14,977 nucleotides of DNA from the NCBI GenBank assembly GCA_004524535.1, contig SDNY01000091.1, forward strand, positions 1 through 14,977. The letters are read 5' to 3'. A model generated the notes under the pieces. That model did not search any database. It was given only the letters and a program-made list of their open reading frames with translations, and was not told the DNA's origin. Made by a program: the position numbers and the translations under genes. The stretch is from Promethearchaeota archaeon (GTDB taxonomy: Archaea > Asgardarchaeota > Lokiarchaeia > Sigyniarchaeales > SOKP01). How positions within the stretch are numbered: the stretch's first letter is position 1; every line of letters begins with the position of its first letter. This document shows, piece after piece, positions 1-8,397 of this stretch.

Positions 1-193
1 ACATACCAGATAGAAGAAAAAGCTCTATATATAAGTTATGTCGCTTTATTCCACATTAAGATGAGGTAAAAAAAGAAGGGTTTTTTAAAAAAATTCTTAT
101 GTGATTTCCGACTAAATACGATAGAGATAAAAATAATTATTTTATCTTGAAAAGTCAAGGAATTACATAAAAAAACCTCTCGAAATATCTATT

Positions 194-1198
194 ATGGAAG
201 ATTCTGCATTTAAACTACCATCAGATGAACCCGAGCAGTTATTGGTTAAATCCCATGATATATCTAATCCAGAATATGGTTGTGAACCAGAGAAAAGGGA
301 TATAGAGACACTCCTTCAGTATGGTGTAATAAATCTTGATAAACCAGGGGGTCCAACTAGTCATGAAGTCGTTACATGGGTTCGCAAAACTTTAGGGATT
401 TCCAACGCAGGACATGGAGGAACGTTGGATCCAAGAGTTACAGGGGTTTTACCTTGCGCTCTTGGAAAGGCCACGAGAGTTCTGTCAGCTCTATTAACTG
501 CTGGTAAAGAATATGTAGGTGTTATGTATTTACATTCTCCTGAGCCACAAAAAAAAATTGAATCGATATTTAAAATATTTACAGACAAAATATATCAAAG
601 ACCACCAATCAAGTCGTCAGTAGCAAGAAAATTAAGAATACGGGAAATATATTATGCCAAGGTGTTAGAAGTCAAGGAAAATCGCATATTATTTCGATTA
701 GGATGTGAGGCAGGAACTTATGTACGAAAATTTTGTTTTGATATAGGTGAGGCTCTCTGTTCAGGTGCACACTTGACTGAATTACGGCGTACTAGAGTAG
801 GTAATTTTAACGAAAAAAACAATTTAATAACGCTACAGAATTTAAAAGATGCCTTTTCAATTTATCAAGAAGAAGGCAATGAATATTATTTAAGAAAAAT
901 TATTTTTCCAATTGAAAAAATGGTTGATCATATGCCAAAAATATTTGTCAGGGATACAGCGGTTGATGCTTTATGTCATGGAGCAGATTTAGCTGCCGCT
1001 GGCATCTGTTATATTGATGCTAGAATAAAAGTCGGAACATTGATTTCTCTTATGACATTAAAAAAGGAATTAATCGGATTTGGGATTGCGGAAAAAAATG
1101 CGTTAGACATTCTTAAATCTAAATCAAAAATAATGGTAAAAACCAACAAGGTATTTATGGAGCGAGGATTATATCCTCGCTGGAATAAAAATAAATAG
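194..1198 (+). CDS. cbf5: H/ACA RNA-guided pseudouridine synthase Cbf5 (TruB family, C-terminal PUA domain)
   Basis: Motif I NLDKPGGPTSHEV, catalytic motif GHGGTLDP, GKEYV, CEAGTYVR, LRRTRVG and C-terminal PUA (AVDALCHGADL...G); 334 aa; ATG start. Confidence 0.97.
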   Translation: MEDSAFKLPSDEPEQLLVKSHDISNPEYGCEPEKRDIETLLQYGVINLDKPGGPTSHEVVTWVRKTLGISNAGHGGTLDPRVTGVLPCALGKATRVLSALLTAGKEYVGVMYLHSPEPQKKIESIFKIFTDKIYQRPPIKSSVARKLRIREIYYAKVLEVKENRILFRLGCEAGTYVRKFCFDIGEALCSGAHLTELRRTRVGNFNEKNNLITLQNLKDAFSIYQEEGNEYYLRKIIFPIEKMVDHMPKIFVRDTAVDALCHGADLAAAGICYIDARIKVGTLISLMTLKKELIGFGIAEKNALDILKSKSKIMVKTNKVFMERGLYPRWNKNK

Positions 1199-1219
1199 AA
1201 ATTCTAACTTATTGATAAA

Positions 1220-1855
1220 ATGGAGCGAAATAACTCACATTACTATTCAAAATTTCCTGATGCAAAACTAAAAGTTTATACAGTTTCAGAAAGTTTAAGA
1301 AGGCATCTCTACATCTTTAAAACTGCTCCAGGAGTGTTTTCTTACAAAAAAATCGATTTAGGAACTAAAGTTCTTATTGAACACATGACAATTCCTAGAG
1401 AAGAACCAAGCATTCTACTTGATTTAGGATGCGGTTATGGCCCCATAGGTATCGTTTTAGCATATGAAACCCCTCAAAGTAAAGTGTATTTAATTGATAT
1501 AAATAAAAGAGCGATATGGTGTGCTAAGGATAATATAAAAATAAACTTGCCTGAGAGAACAAATCAAGTTATAGCATTAGCAGGAAATTATTTCAATCCA
1601 ATTAAAAAAAAAAATTTGAAATTTGACGGTATTTATACGAATCCGCCGCTCCGGCAGGGAAGAGAAGAATTTTTTAAGTTATGCAATGAAATACCTAGAT
1701 ACTTAAAACCATCAGGTTATTTTCAATTTGTAATAAAAAAAAAAATGGGAGCACCGTTTATATTAAAGCATTTAAGTGATTCCTTTACAGATAAAAAAAT
1801 TGATGTTTTATGTAAAAGAAGCGGTTATTGGGTCTTCAATATCACTTTTAACTAA
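1220..1855 (+). CDS. Class I SAM-dependent methyltransferase, RsmC/MTS-like (probable RNA amino-methyltransferase)
   Basis: TAPGVFS..KIDLGT N-terminal signature, motif I LLDLGCGYGPIG, DIN motif II and NPP motif IV; 21 bp downstream of cbf5 and co-oriented. Confidence 0.9.
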   Translation: MERNNSHYYSKFPDAKLKVYTVSESLRRHLYIFKTAPGVFSYKKIDLGTKVLIEHMTIPREEPSILLDLGCGYGPIGIVLAYETPQSKVYLIDINKRAIWCAKDNIKINLPERTNQVIALAGNYFNPIKKKNLKFDGIYTNPPLRQGREEFFKLCNEIPRYLKPSGYFQFVIKKKMGAPFILKHLSDSFTDKKIDVLCKRSGYWVFNITFN

Positions 1856-1938
1856 AGTAATTTTTTAATGTTTTAAATTAGAAATAAATTGAGAAAAAAA
1901 TCGTAAAATTTATTTCTATATCTTTCCTTATTTAATTT

Positions 1939-1972
1939 ATAACTAGTTATTTAAAGAGGTTTTTTTTTTTTT
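1939..1972 (+). promoter_or_regulatory. rpo5 leader: 12-bp palindrome, Shine-Dalgarno GAGG(T) and T13 tract running into the TTG start
   Basis: ATAACTAGTTAT at 1939-1950 is a perfect palindrome; GAGG at 1956-1959; 13 consecutive T at 1960-1972. Confidence 0.5.
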
Positions 1973-2228
1973 GACCAAGAAAAAAGTTATCGATGTTCTT
2001 AGACATGAATTAGTTCCTAAACATATATTATTGACTAAGAAAGAGACAGAACAATTACTAGATAAATATAATATAAGTGTTATTGATTTACCTCAGTTAT
2101 TTGAAAAGGATCCTGTTGCAATCGCAATTGGAGCGAAAGAAGGAGATGTATGTCGTATTGTGCGAGATTCTAAAACAACAGTAAAATCGATTAACTATTA
2201 TCGTTATGTAAAGAAGGAAAAAGTTTAG
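1971..2228 (+). CDS. rpo5: DNA-directed RNA polymerase subunit Rpo5 (RpoH)
   Basis: HELVPKH, LPQL...DPVA..IGAKEGDV.RIVR.S.T....YYRYV; directly upstream of rpo2; TTG start with no in-frame ATG. Confidence 0.97.
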   Translation: MTKKKVIDVLRHELVPKHILLTKKETEQLLDKYNISVIDLPQLFEKDPVAIAIGAKEGDVCRIVRDSKTTVKSINYYRYVKKEKV

Positions 2229-2279
2229 ACAAATTCATTTTTATTTAAAAAAAAGGTATTATAAAAGGTTTAAAAAATT

Positions 2280-5200
2280 TTGATTTCTGAATATTTAAGC
2301 AATGAAGATAAATGGGTTATTTTAAAGAGTCTTTTTGAAGAGAAGGGATTAGTTCGCCAACATCTAGATTCTTACAATAATTTCATTGAAGATGAGATGC
2401 AGGACATTGTTAATGAATCTGGTGAAGTCGTACCCGATATTCCAGGATTCAAGATAAAATTTGGAAAAATAAAAGTTGGCTCCCCAAAAGTGAGGGAAGC
2501 TGATGGAGCCACTATGGAAATAACCCCAATTGAAGCAAGGATTAGAGAGTTAAGTTATGCAGCAGACATTACTTTAGAAATGACTCCTATTACAATTGAT
2601 GAGCGCACTCAGAGAGAAGAAGCTGAAGAGACACTCGATATTTATATAGGAAAAATTCCTATTATGTTAAAAAGTTGTAGATGTCCTTTAGAGAATTTAT
2701 TAGAACCAGAGCTTATAAATCGTGGAGAGGACCCTCTCGATCCCGGAGGTTATTTCATCATTAATGGTACTGAACGAGTGTTAGTTACTCAAGAGGATCT
2801 CGCTCCTAATAGAATTCTAGCTGAAGAATCAAGCAGAAGTTCAAGTGCTACTCATCAAGCAAAAGTTTTTTCAACTCGAAGTGGATTTAGAGCACCTGTA
2901 ACTATAGAAAGAAAAAAAGATGGAAATTTAAGAGTATCTTTTCCCTCTGTTCCAGGTAAAATACCCCTAGCTATTCTTATGCGGTCTCTAGGTTTGCATT
3001 CAGATAAAGAAATATTCGAAGCTATCTCCGAAAATCCGGAAATACAAAAAGAATTGATTCCTGTAATAGATGTAGCGGCTGAAATTCAAGTGTTAAAAGA
3101 TCCAGAGAAATCACAACAAAATGCCCTTGATTATATTGGAAAGCGAGTTGCAATAGGACAAACCAAAGATTATCGTATTAGAAGGGCACTTCAAGTTTTG
3201 GATAGATATCTTTTGCCTCACATTGGAAACGATGAGGAAGATCGAATTAAAAAAGCTTATTATTTAGGACAAATGGCCCAAAAAGTTATGGAACTCGCTT
3301 TGAACATTAGAGAACCTGATGATAAAGATCACTATGCCAATAAAAGATTAAAATTAGCAGGAGAATTGTTTACTTCGTTATTTAGAGTTGCCTTTTTAAA
3401 CCTTGTAAAAGATATTAAATATCAATTGGAAAGAACTGCTGTGCGAGGTAGAGCACCTAATATTAAAACAGCGGTTAGAGCTGACGTAATTACTGAGAGA
3501 ATCAGACACGCTTTAGCCACTGGTAATTGGGTTGGAGGTAAAGCAGGAGTTAGCCAATTATTAAATAGAACTAACCATGTAGGAACTTTAAGTCATTTAA
3601 GACGAGTTATATCTCCATTAAGTCGAAGTCAACCTCATTTTGAAGCAAGAGACTTACACCCAACTCAATGGGGTAAAATATGCCCTGCTGAAACTCCAGA
3701 GGGGCCAAATTGTGGGTTAGTTAAAAATCTTGGATTAACTTCAATAATTTCAGTAGGAATGGACGAGAGAATTCTTGAAAATATATTGATCGATTTAGGA
3801 GTCATTCCAATAAATGAAGTAAAAAATATTAAAGGCGATAAAGTTAAAGTATTTTTAAATGGTAAATTAATTGGAATTCATCAACAATACAATCAGTTTA
3901 TTTACCAAATAAGAGAAAAACGAAGAAATAATGATATTGGACAGCATGTGAATATTGGATATTATCAAGATTCAAAAGAAATACAAATAAATTGCGATGC
4001 TGGTAGAGCAACTAGACCTTTATTTGTTGTTAAGGATAAGAAAGTTCTTATTAAGAATGAAGATATTGAAAAAATTAAACAAAAAAAGTATATTTGGTCA
4101 GATTTAATTCTAAAAGGTATAATTGAATATTTAGATGCTGAAGAAGAGGAAAATGCTTATATTGCAATGTTCGAAGAAGATATAACTTCTGAACATACTC
4201 ATTTAGAAATATCTCCTGCTGCGATATTAGGGATTTGTGCTTCTATAATACCTTTTCCAGAACATAATCAATCACCAAGAAACACGTACGAAGCTGGAAT
4301 GGTGAAACAGGCTTTAGGTTTATTTGCCGCAAATATGCATTTAAGACTTGATACTAGAGGGCATACTTTACATTATCCTCAACAACCACTTGTAAAAACT
4401 AGTCCTATGGAAATAGTTGGGTTCAACAAACGTCCTGCTGGACAAAATTTTATAGTTGCTATGATGAGTTTTGAGGGATATAATATTGAAGACGCTATAA
4501 TCATAAATAAAGCTTCAATTGAACGTGGTCTTGCTCGAAGTCATTTTTTTAGAACTTATGATGCTGAAGAAAGAAAGTATCCGGGAGGGGAGGTAGATAA
4601 ATTTGAAATTCCAGAAAGGGGGGTCAGAGGATTTAAATCTGCCGAATCATATCGTTTGCTATCGGAAAAAGATGGTGTAATTGAGCCTGAAACAGCAGTA
4701 AATGGAGGAGATGTCCTGATTGGAAGGACCTCTCCACCAAGATTTATTAAATCATACGAAGAATTTGAACTTATGCAACCGAATAGAAGAGAAACCTCAA
4801 AAAATATGCGGCATAACGAGAAAGGCATTGTGGATACTGTAATTATTTCTGAAACTGTTGATGGAAATAAATTGGTTAAAATTAAAGTGAGAGACTTACG
4901 AATTCCTGAATTAGGTGATAAATTTTCATCTAGGCACGGACAAAAAGGAGTATTAGGTTTAGTGGTGCCAACAGAAGACATGCCTTTTACGGCAAACGGT
5001 GTAACACCTGATGTAATTGTTAATCCGCACGCAATGCCTTCTAGGATGACTTTAGGGCAGCTTTTTGAAGGAATTAGTGGAAAAATAGCGTGTAGTACTG
5101 GCAAATTAGGAGACGCGACTGCCTTCGAATGGAAAAATATAACGAAACTACAAGAGCTTTTAGTTGAATCAGGTTTCGAATTTAATGGAAGAGAAGTTAT

Positions 5201-5651
5201 GTATAATGGAATTACGGGTGAAATATATGAGATGGGAATATATTGCGCTCCCATCTATTATCAAAAATTATATCACTTGGTTGCAGATAAAATCCACGCC
5301 AGAGCTAGAGGTCCTGTCCAGATTTTAACTCGTCAACCAACAGAAGGACGTGCTCGCGAAGGGGGATTAAGATTTGGAGAAATGGAACGAGATTGTCTAG
5401 TTGGTCATGGTTCTGCTTTATTATTAAAGGAAAGATTATTAGATGAATCAGATAGAACTGTAATTTTAGTCTGCGAAAAATGTGGTTTGCTTGCGGTTTA
5501 TGATAGAAATCGTGATAAACGTTATTGTCCAGTATGTGGAGAAGGAACCATAATCTCAAAAGTAATTTGCTCTTATGCTTTCAAACTACTTTTACAAGAA
5601 ATGATGAGTCTTGGATTGGCCCCAAGATTAAAACTTAAAGATAAAATATAA
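2280..5651 (+). CDS. rpo2: DNA-directed RNA polymerase subunit Rpo2 (RpoB), single undivided polypeptide
   Basis: GGYFIINGTERV, CPAETPEGPNCGL, GDKFSSRHGQKG, NPHAMPSRMT, RQPTEGRAREGGLRFGEMERD and C-terminal zinc finger CEKC...CPVC; 1123 aa with no intein-sized insertion; TTG start with AGGT upstream. Confidence 0.99.
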   Translation: MISEYLSNEDKWVILKSLFEEKGLVRQHLDSYNNFIEDEMQDIVNESGEVVPDIPGFKIKFGKIKVGSPKVREADGATMEITPIEARIRELSYAADITLEMTPITIDERTQREEAEETLDIYIGKIPIMLKSCRCPLENLLEPELINRGEDPLDPGGYFIINGTERVLVTQEDLAPNRILAEESSRSSSATHQAKVFSTRSGFRAPVTIERKKDGNLRVSFPSVPGKIPLAILMRSLGLHSDKEIFEAISENPEIQKELIPVIDVAAEIQVLKDPEKSQQNALDYIGKRVAIGQTKDYRIRRALQVLDRYLLPHIGNDEEDRIKKAYYLGQMAQKVMELALNIREPDDKDHYANKRLKLAGELFTSLFRVAFLNLVKDIKYQLERTAVRGRAPNIKTAVRADVITERIRHALATGNWVGGKAGVSQLLNRTNHVGTLSHLRRVISPLSRSQPHFEARDLHPTQWGKICPAETPEGPNCGLVKNLGLTSIISVGMDERILENILIDLGVIPINEVKNIKGDKVKVFLNGKLIGIHQQYNQFIYQIREKRRNNDIGQHVNIGYYQDSKEIQINCDAGRATRPLFVVKDKKVLIKNEDIEKIKQKKYIWSDLILKGIIEYLDAEEEENAYIAMFEEDITSEHTHLEISPAAILGICASIIPFPEHNQSPRNTYEAGMVKQALGLFAANMHLRLDTRGHTLHYPQQPLVKTSPMEIVGFNKRPAGQNFIVAMMSFEGYNIEDAIIINKASIERGLARSHFFRTYDAEERKYPGGEVDKFEIPERGVRGFKSAESYRLLSEKDGVIEPETAVNGGDVLIGRTSPPRFIKSYEEFELMQPNRRETSKNMRHNEKGIVDTVIISETVDGNKLVKIKVRDLRIPELGDKFSSRHGQKGVLGLVVPTEDMPFTANGVTPDVIVNPHAMPSRMTLGQLFEGISGKIACSTGKLGDATAFEWKNITKLQELLVESGFEFNGREVMYNGITGEIYEMGIYCAPIYYQKLYHLVADKIHARARGPVQILTRQPTEGRAREGGLRFGEMERDCLVGHGSALLLKERLLDESDRTVILVCEKCGLLAVYDRNRDKRYCPVCGEGTIISKVICSYAFKLLLQEMMSLGLAPRLKLKDKI

Positions 5652-5722
5652 ATTTTATATTTAAGAATATACTTGATATGTCTCTTTTCACAATCTAAGG
5701 TCTAAAACATAAGCTGATTGAT

Positions 5723-6001
5723 TCAAAATCCAAAATTGATTAAAATGAAATGAAAACCAAACCCCAAAAATATTGAAGCAACTACAATAGTAATAATTGA
5801 TAATCTAATTGAAATTTCTCTCCCATATTTTGTGTATAGTACTAAGATTATTAAGGATACCAATCCAATGAAAAGAAAAATCCAACCTAAAACCCATAAA
5901 AGTAGGGAGGGTCCTTCATACCATTCTTCAGGAGGTCTCTCCAACCATTCCCATTCAATTTGGGCGATTAAATTGATTATCCATTGGAAAAGAAATAACA
6001 T
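5723..6001 (-). CDS. Small two-TM membrane protein, probable OST5/TMEM258-like oligosaccharyltransferase subunit
   Basis: Two hydrophobic helices joined by TKYGREI. LFIG-x9-Y, TKYGREI and VASIFLGFG match LAIG-x9-Y, TKYTRDI and VASLFMGFG of human TMEM258 as I recall it. A TATA-like tract lies about 20-33 nt upstream of the ATG, consistent with a leaderless transcript. Confidence 0.65.
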   Translation of the reverse strand: MLFLFQWIINLIAQIEWEWLERPPEEWYEGPSLLLWVLGWIFLFIGLVSLIILVLYTKYGREISIRLSIITIVVASIFLGFGFHFILINFGF

Positions 6002-6166
6002 ATTAAGTCGTATAAAATTTTTATATATATTTAAGCAAAGAATTTTTTATTTCTAATTAAGTTTATCAATGAATTATCGTTAAATAAAATTTAAAGGTAT
6101 GTTGATTTAACTTATATATAAATAAAACTTATTCTTTTAATATAAAGTTTAATTTCTGATGTAAAA

Positions 6167-6943
6167 ATGCATTTTTTAAGGAAGTTGATTGAATCTCCAG
6201 AGTTAGATGATCCCGCAAAAAAACATAAAAATATTCATCGTCATTTTGCGAGATATTCAAAAGGTATATTTATTGGACCTGCGATAAAAATAACAAAAAC
6301 TAATACAAAAATAACCCTTAAAGGATCTTTTGAATATGAGGATTTAATACAAGAGATTATAACTACTACAATCTCGGATAAAGAATTTGAAATTAATGGC
6401 GTTTTAATTACAGGTAGCGATATCACGGAATACATATCTAATTTAGGTTTAGATTGGAACTTAAAGAAGTCAACTGGCAAAACAATTAATTACAAAGCTG
6501 AGATAAATGATAAGATACACAAAAATAACCTTATTGATATTATTGAAAAATTAAGGGAAACAAGTTATCTTTTATTATCTTTTAATTTAAATCCTACTTG
6601 TAAAGTGTCTACTAAAAAGCGAATTCCACAACCTTCAAAAAAAAAAGTAGAAGAGGACGATATCAACAAAAGGATTCAATTTTGTACTGGTGTAATCAAT
6701 AATTCAGAAAGAAACATCAAATTAATTTTAGATTTAGTATTAAAAGATTTTAAGTCAGATCTTCCTGAAAAATGGAAAACAATAACAATTACAAATAATT
6801 ACAACATAACTAATGTAATCATCCCTAAAAATATTCAAAATTCGAGATTGTTACGTATTATGGCATTAAGAAAAGGTAAAATGACCCGGATTCTTGATGT
6901 TGATGGTGAATTAATTGAAAAACAATATTCTATAACAGTTTAA
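6167..6943 (+). CDS. Hypothetical soluble protein of unknown function (basic, 258 aa)
   Basis: Long ATG-started ORF with composition like its neighbours; motif-like segments HRHFARYSKG.F.GP and ALRKGKMTR..DVDG; no function recognised. Confidence 0.85.
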   Translation: MHFLRKLIESPELDDPAKKHKNIHRHFARYSKGIFIGPAIKITKTNTKITLKGSFEYEDLIQEIITTTISDKEFEINGVLITGSDITEYISNLGLDWNLKKSTGKTINYKAEINDKIHKNNLIDIIEKLRETSYLLLSFNLNPTCKVSTKKRIPQPSKKKVEEDDINKRIQFCTGVINNSERNIKLILDLVLKDFKSDLPEKWKTITITNNYNITNVIIPKNIQNSRLLRIMALRKGKMTRILDVDGELIEKQYSITV

Positions 6944-7012
6944 TCATTTTATTAAAATTTTAACGAAAGATTATTATTATTAAAAAAATTAGTAAACTAA
7001 CAAGAGGCTAGA

Positions 7013-7594
7013 TTGTTGGAATTAAATCCATTATTAAAATCGTTTTTATTTATAATTGGAAATAGGGTCGCAATTGAAGTTGGGATTGAGCTTATAAATT
7101 CAGAAAACGAAGATATAACTGATGAAGATATCACCGAGAATATTAAAGAACGAATTGAAGGATCTGGGATCGATTTTGAACCAGAAGACAGTGAAGTTTT
7201 AAAACTAAACACAGTTCGAAAAACTCTTTACAAACTATATAGTGAAAAGCTTGCTCAATTCAGGCGTATTAGAGATAAATCAACAGGATGGTTCATCTAT
7301 TATTGGTGGCATGAATTCGACTTTCTTGAAGAGATATTATTAAAAAAAAAAGAAATTATCCAAAGAAAGTTAAGAGCTCGATTAAACTTTGAAGAAAAAA
7401 ATTATTTTTTTATATGTAGAAGTTGTAAAAGTATAAACATTAAATATAAATTTGACGAGGCATTTGATTTAAATTTTAGGTGTCCAGACTGCGGAGGTCC
7501 ATTAGAAGCACAAGATAATCAAAACATAATACAATTCTTAAAAGAGAAGATTGTAATTAATGAAAGGACAAATTTAATTAACGAGATTAAGTAA
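7013..7594 (+). CDS. tfe: Transcription factor E alpha (TFE/TFIIE-alpha)
   Basis: Winged helix TDEDI...KLNTVRKTLYKLY, wing R.RDKSTGWFIYYW, zinc ribbon CRSC...FDEAFDLNFRCPDCGGPL...DN; TTG start (7013 or 7016) after GAGG at 7004-7007. Confidence 0.95.
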   Translation: MLELNPLLKSFLFIIGNRVAIEVGIELINSENEDITDEDITENIKERIEGSGIDFEPEDSEVLKLNTVRKTLYKLYSEKLAQFRRIRDKSTGWFIYYWWHEFDFLEEILLKKKEIIQRKLRARLNFEEKNYFFICRSCKSINIKYKFDEAFDLNFRCPDCGGPLEAQDNQNIIQFLKEKIVINERTNLINEIK

Positions 7595-7597
7595 TAA

Positions 7598-8101
7598 TTA
7601 TTTCTTCTTCTTAATAAAAGCAATATCTCCTAAAGTAGAACTGGTTTGTTTTTTCATGTATTTTTTAGTATTCACTTCAATCTCATCAGATTTTTTTAGC
7701 AATGTTATATTATAGACTTTTTCAATTTTTTTCGCCAATTTAATAGTTGGTTTTACTTTAGCTGCTTCAATTCTTCTTAATAAGGATGGTTTCTCGTTTA
7801 ATTTTTGAGCAAATTGATCTTGATTGAGTTTTTTAAGTGTTCTTACGTTTCTAATTAATTTTGCATAATCAGGAACGATTTCCACTTCCTCCATTTTATT
7901 TATTACGTTTCTTGAGGAACTTTTTGGATGAGTTGAATGAGAAGAAATGGATTTAGGTTTTGTTAATAATTTTTTTCCATATTGAGCACAACTATTGCAG
8001 ACAGTCATTTTTACACCTTCGATTAAAACTTTTTTCCCTTTCCATATTTTGCCATCGCAAATAGGACAATTTCGCTCCTCGTTATCGAAATCTAGCGGCA
8101 A
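7598..8101 (-). CDS. mbf1: Archaeal multiprotein bridging factor 1 (zinc ribbon + Cro/Xre HTH)
   Basis: CPIC...IEG.KMTVCNSCAQYG zinc ribbon; EIVPDYAKLIRNVR..LNQDQFAQKLNEKPSLLRRIE HTH; C-terminal TLGD motif; TTG start with SD GAGGTG (8110-8115) 8 nt upstream. Confidence 0.95.
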   Translation of the reverse strand: MPLDFDNEERNCPICDGKIWKGKKVLIEGVKMTVCNSCAQYGKKLLTKPKSISSHSTHPKSSSRNVINKMEEVEIVPDYAKLIRNVRTLKKLNQDQFAQKLNEKPSLLRRIEAAKVKPTIKLAKKIEKVYNITLLKKSDEIEVNTKKYMKKQTSSTLGDIAFIKKKK

Positions 8102-8397
8102 TAGGATAACACCTCATATTTTTATTTATTTTCTTTTAATAATTATCTTTCTATTACTTTTTTTTTTATAAATCCTAAATTATTTATATATCAAAAATAA
8201 ATGTATTATATAATATTAAAGGACATTTAGAACTCATATAATTAACATTTTGAGTGATGTTTAATAAAATATTAAGTATAAATTTTTTAAAAATTGACAA
8301 TTTTTTCGTTATAAAGATATAGACTTAAATTTAAATGAATGAAAGATTATTATTTAAATAATTAAATTGTTAAATTAAAAACTTAGGTAAATGCTAT
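8102..8397. promoter_or_regulatory. Divergent mbf1/pan promoter region
   Basis: 296-bp extremely AT-rich gap between head-to-head genes. It has several TATA-like tracts, including palindromic TATTATATAATA (8204-8215), and SD-like motifs at both ends. Individual TATA boxes cannot be assigned. Confidence 0.6.

Noticed and set aside
1-120. Tail of rpl14e/cmk, which often precede cbf5
   Set aside because: None of the three + frames gave a recognisable match.
361-588. 75-aa minus-strand ORF
   Set aside because: Antisense shadow of cbf5.
4556-5559. 232-aa and 84-aa minus-strand ORFs
   Set aside because: Antisense to highly conserved rpo2 regions, with no recognisable motifs.
5644-5662. 19-bp palindrome AAATATAAATTTTATATTT over the rpo2 stop, with a similar one at 6011-6025
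   Set aside because: Pure A/T dyads are expected at this composition, so they are not evidence that the intervening gene is mobile.
5832-6056. 74-aa plus-strand ORF
   Set aside because: Antisense to the better-supported OST5-like gene.
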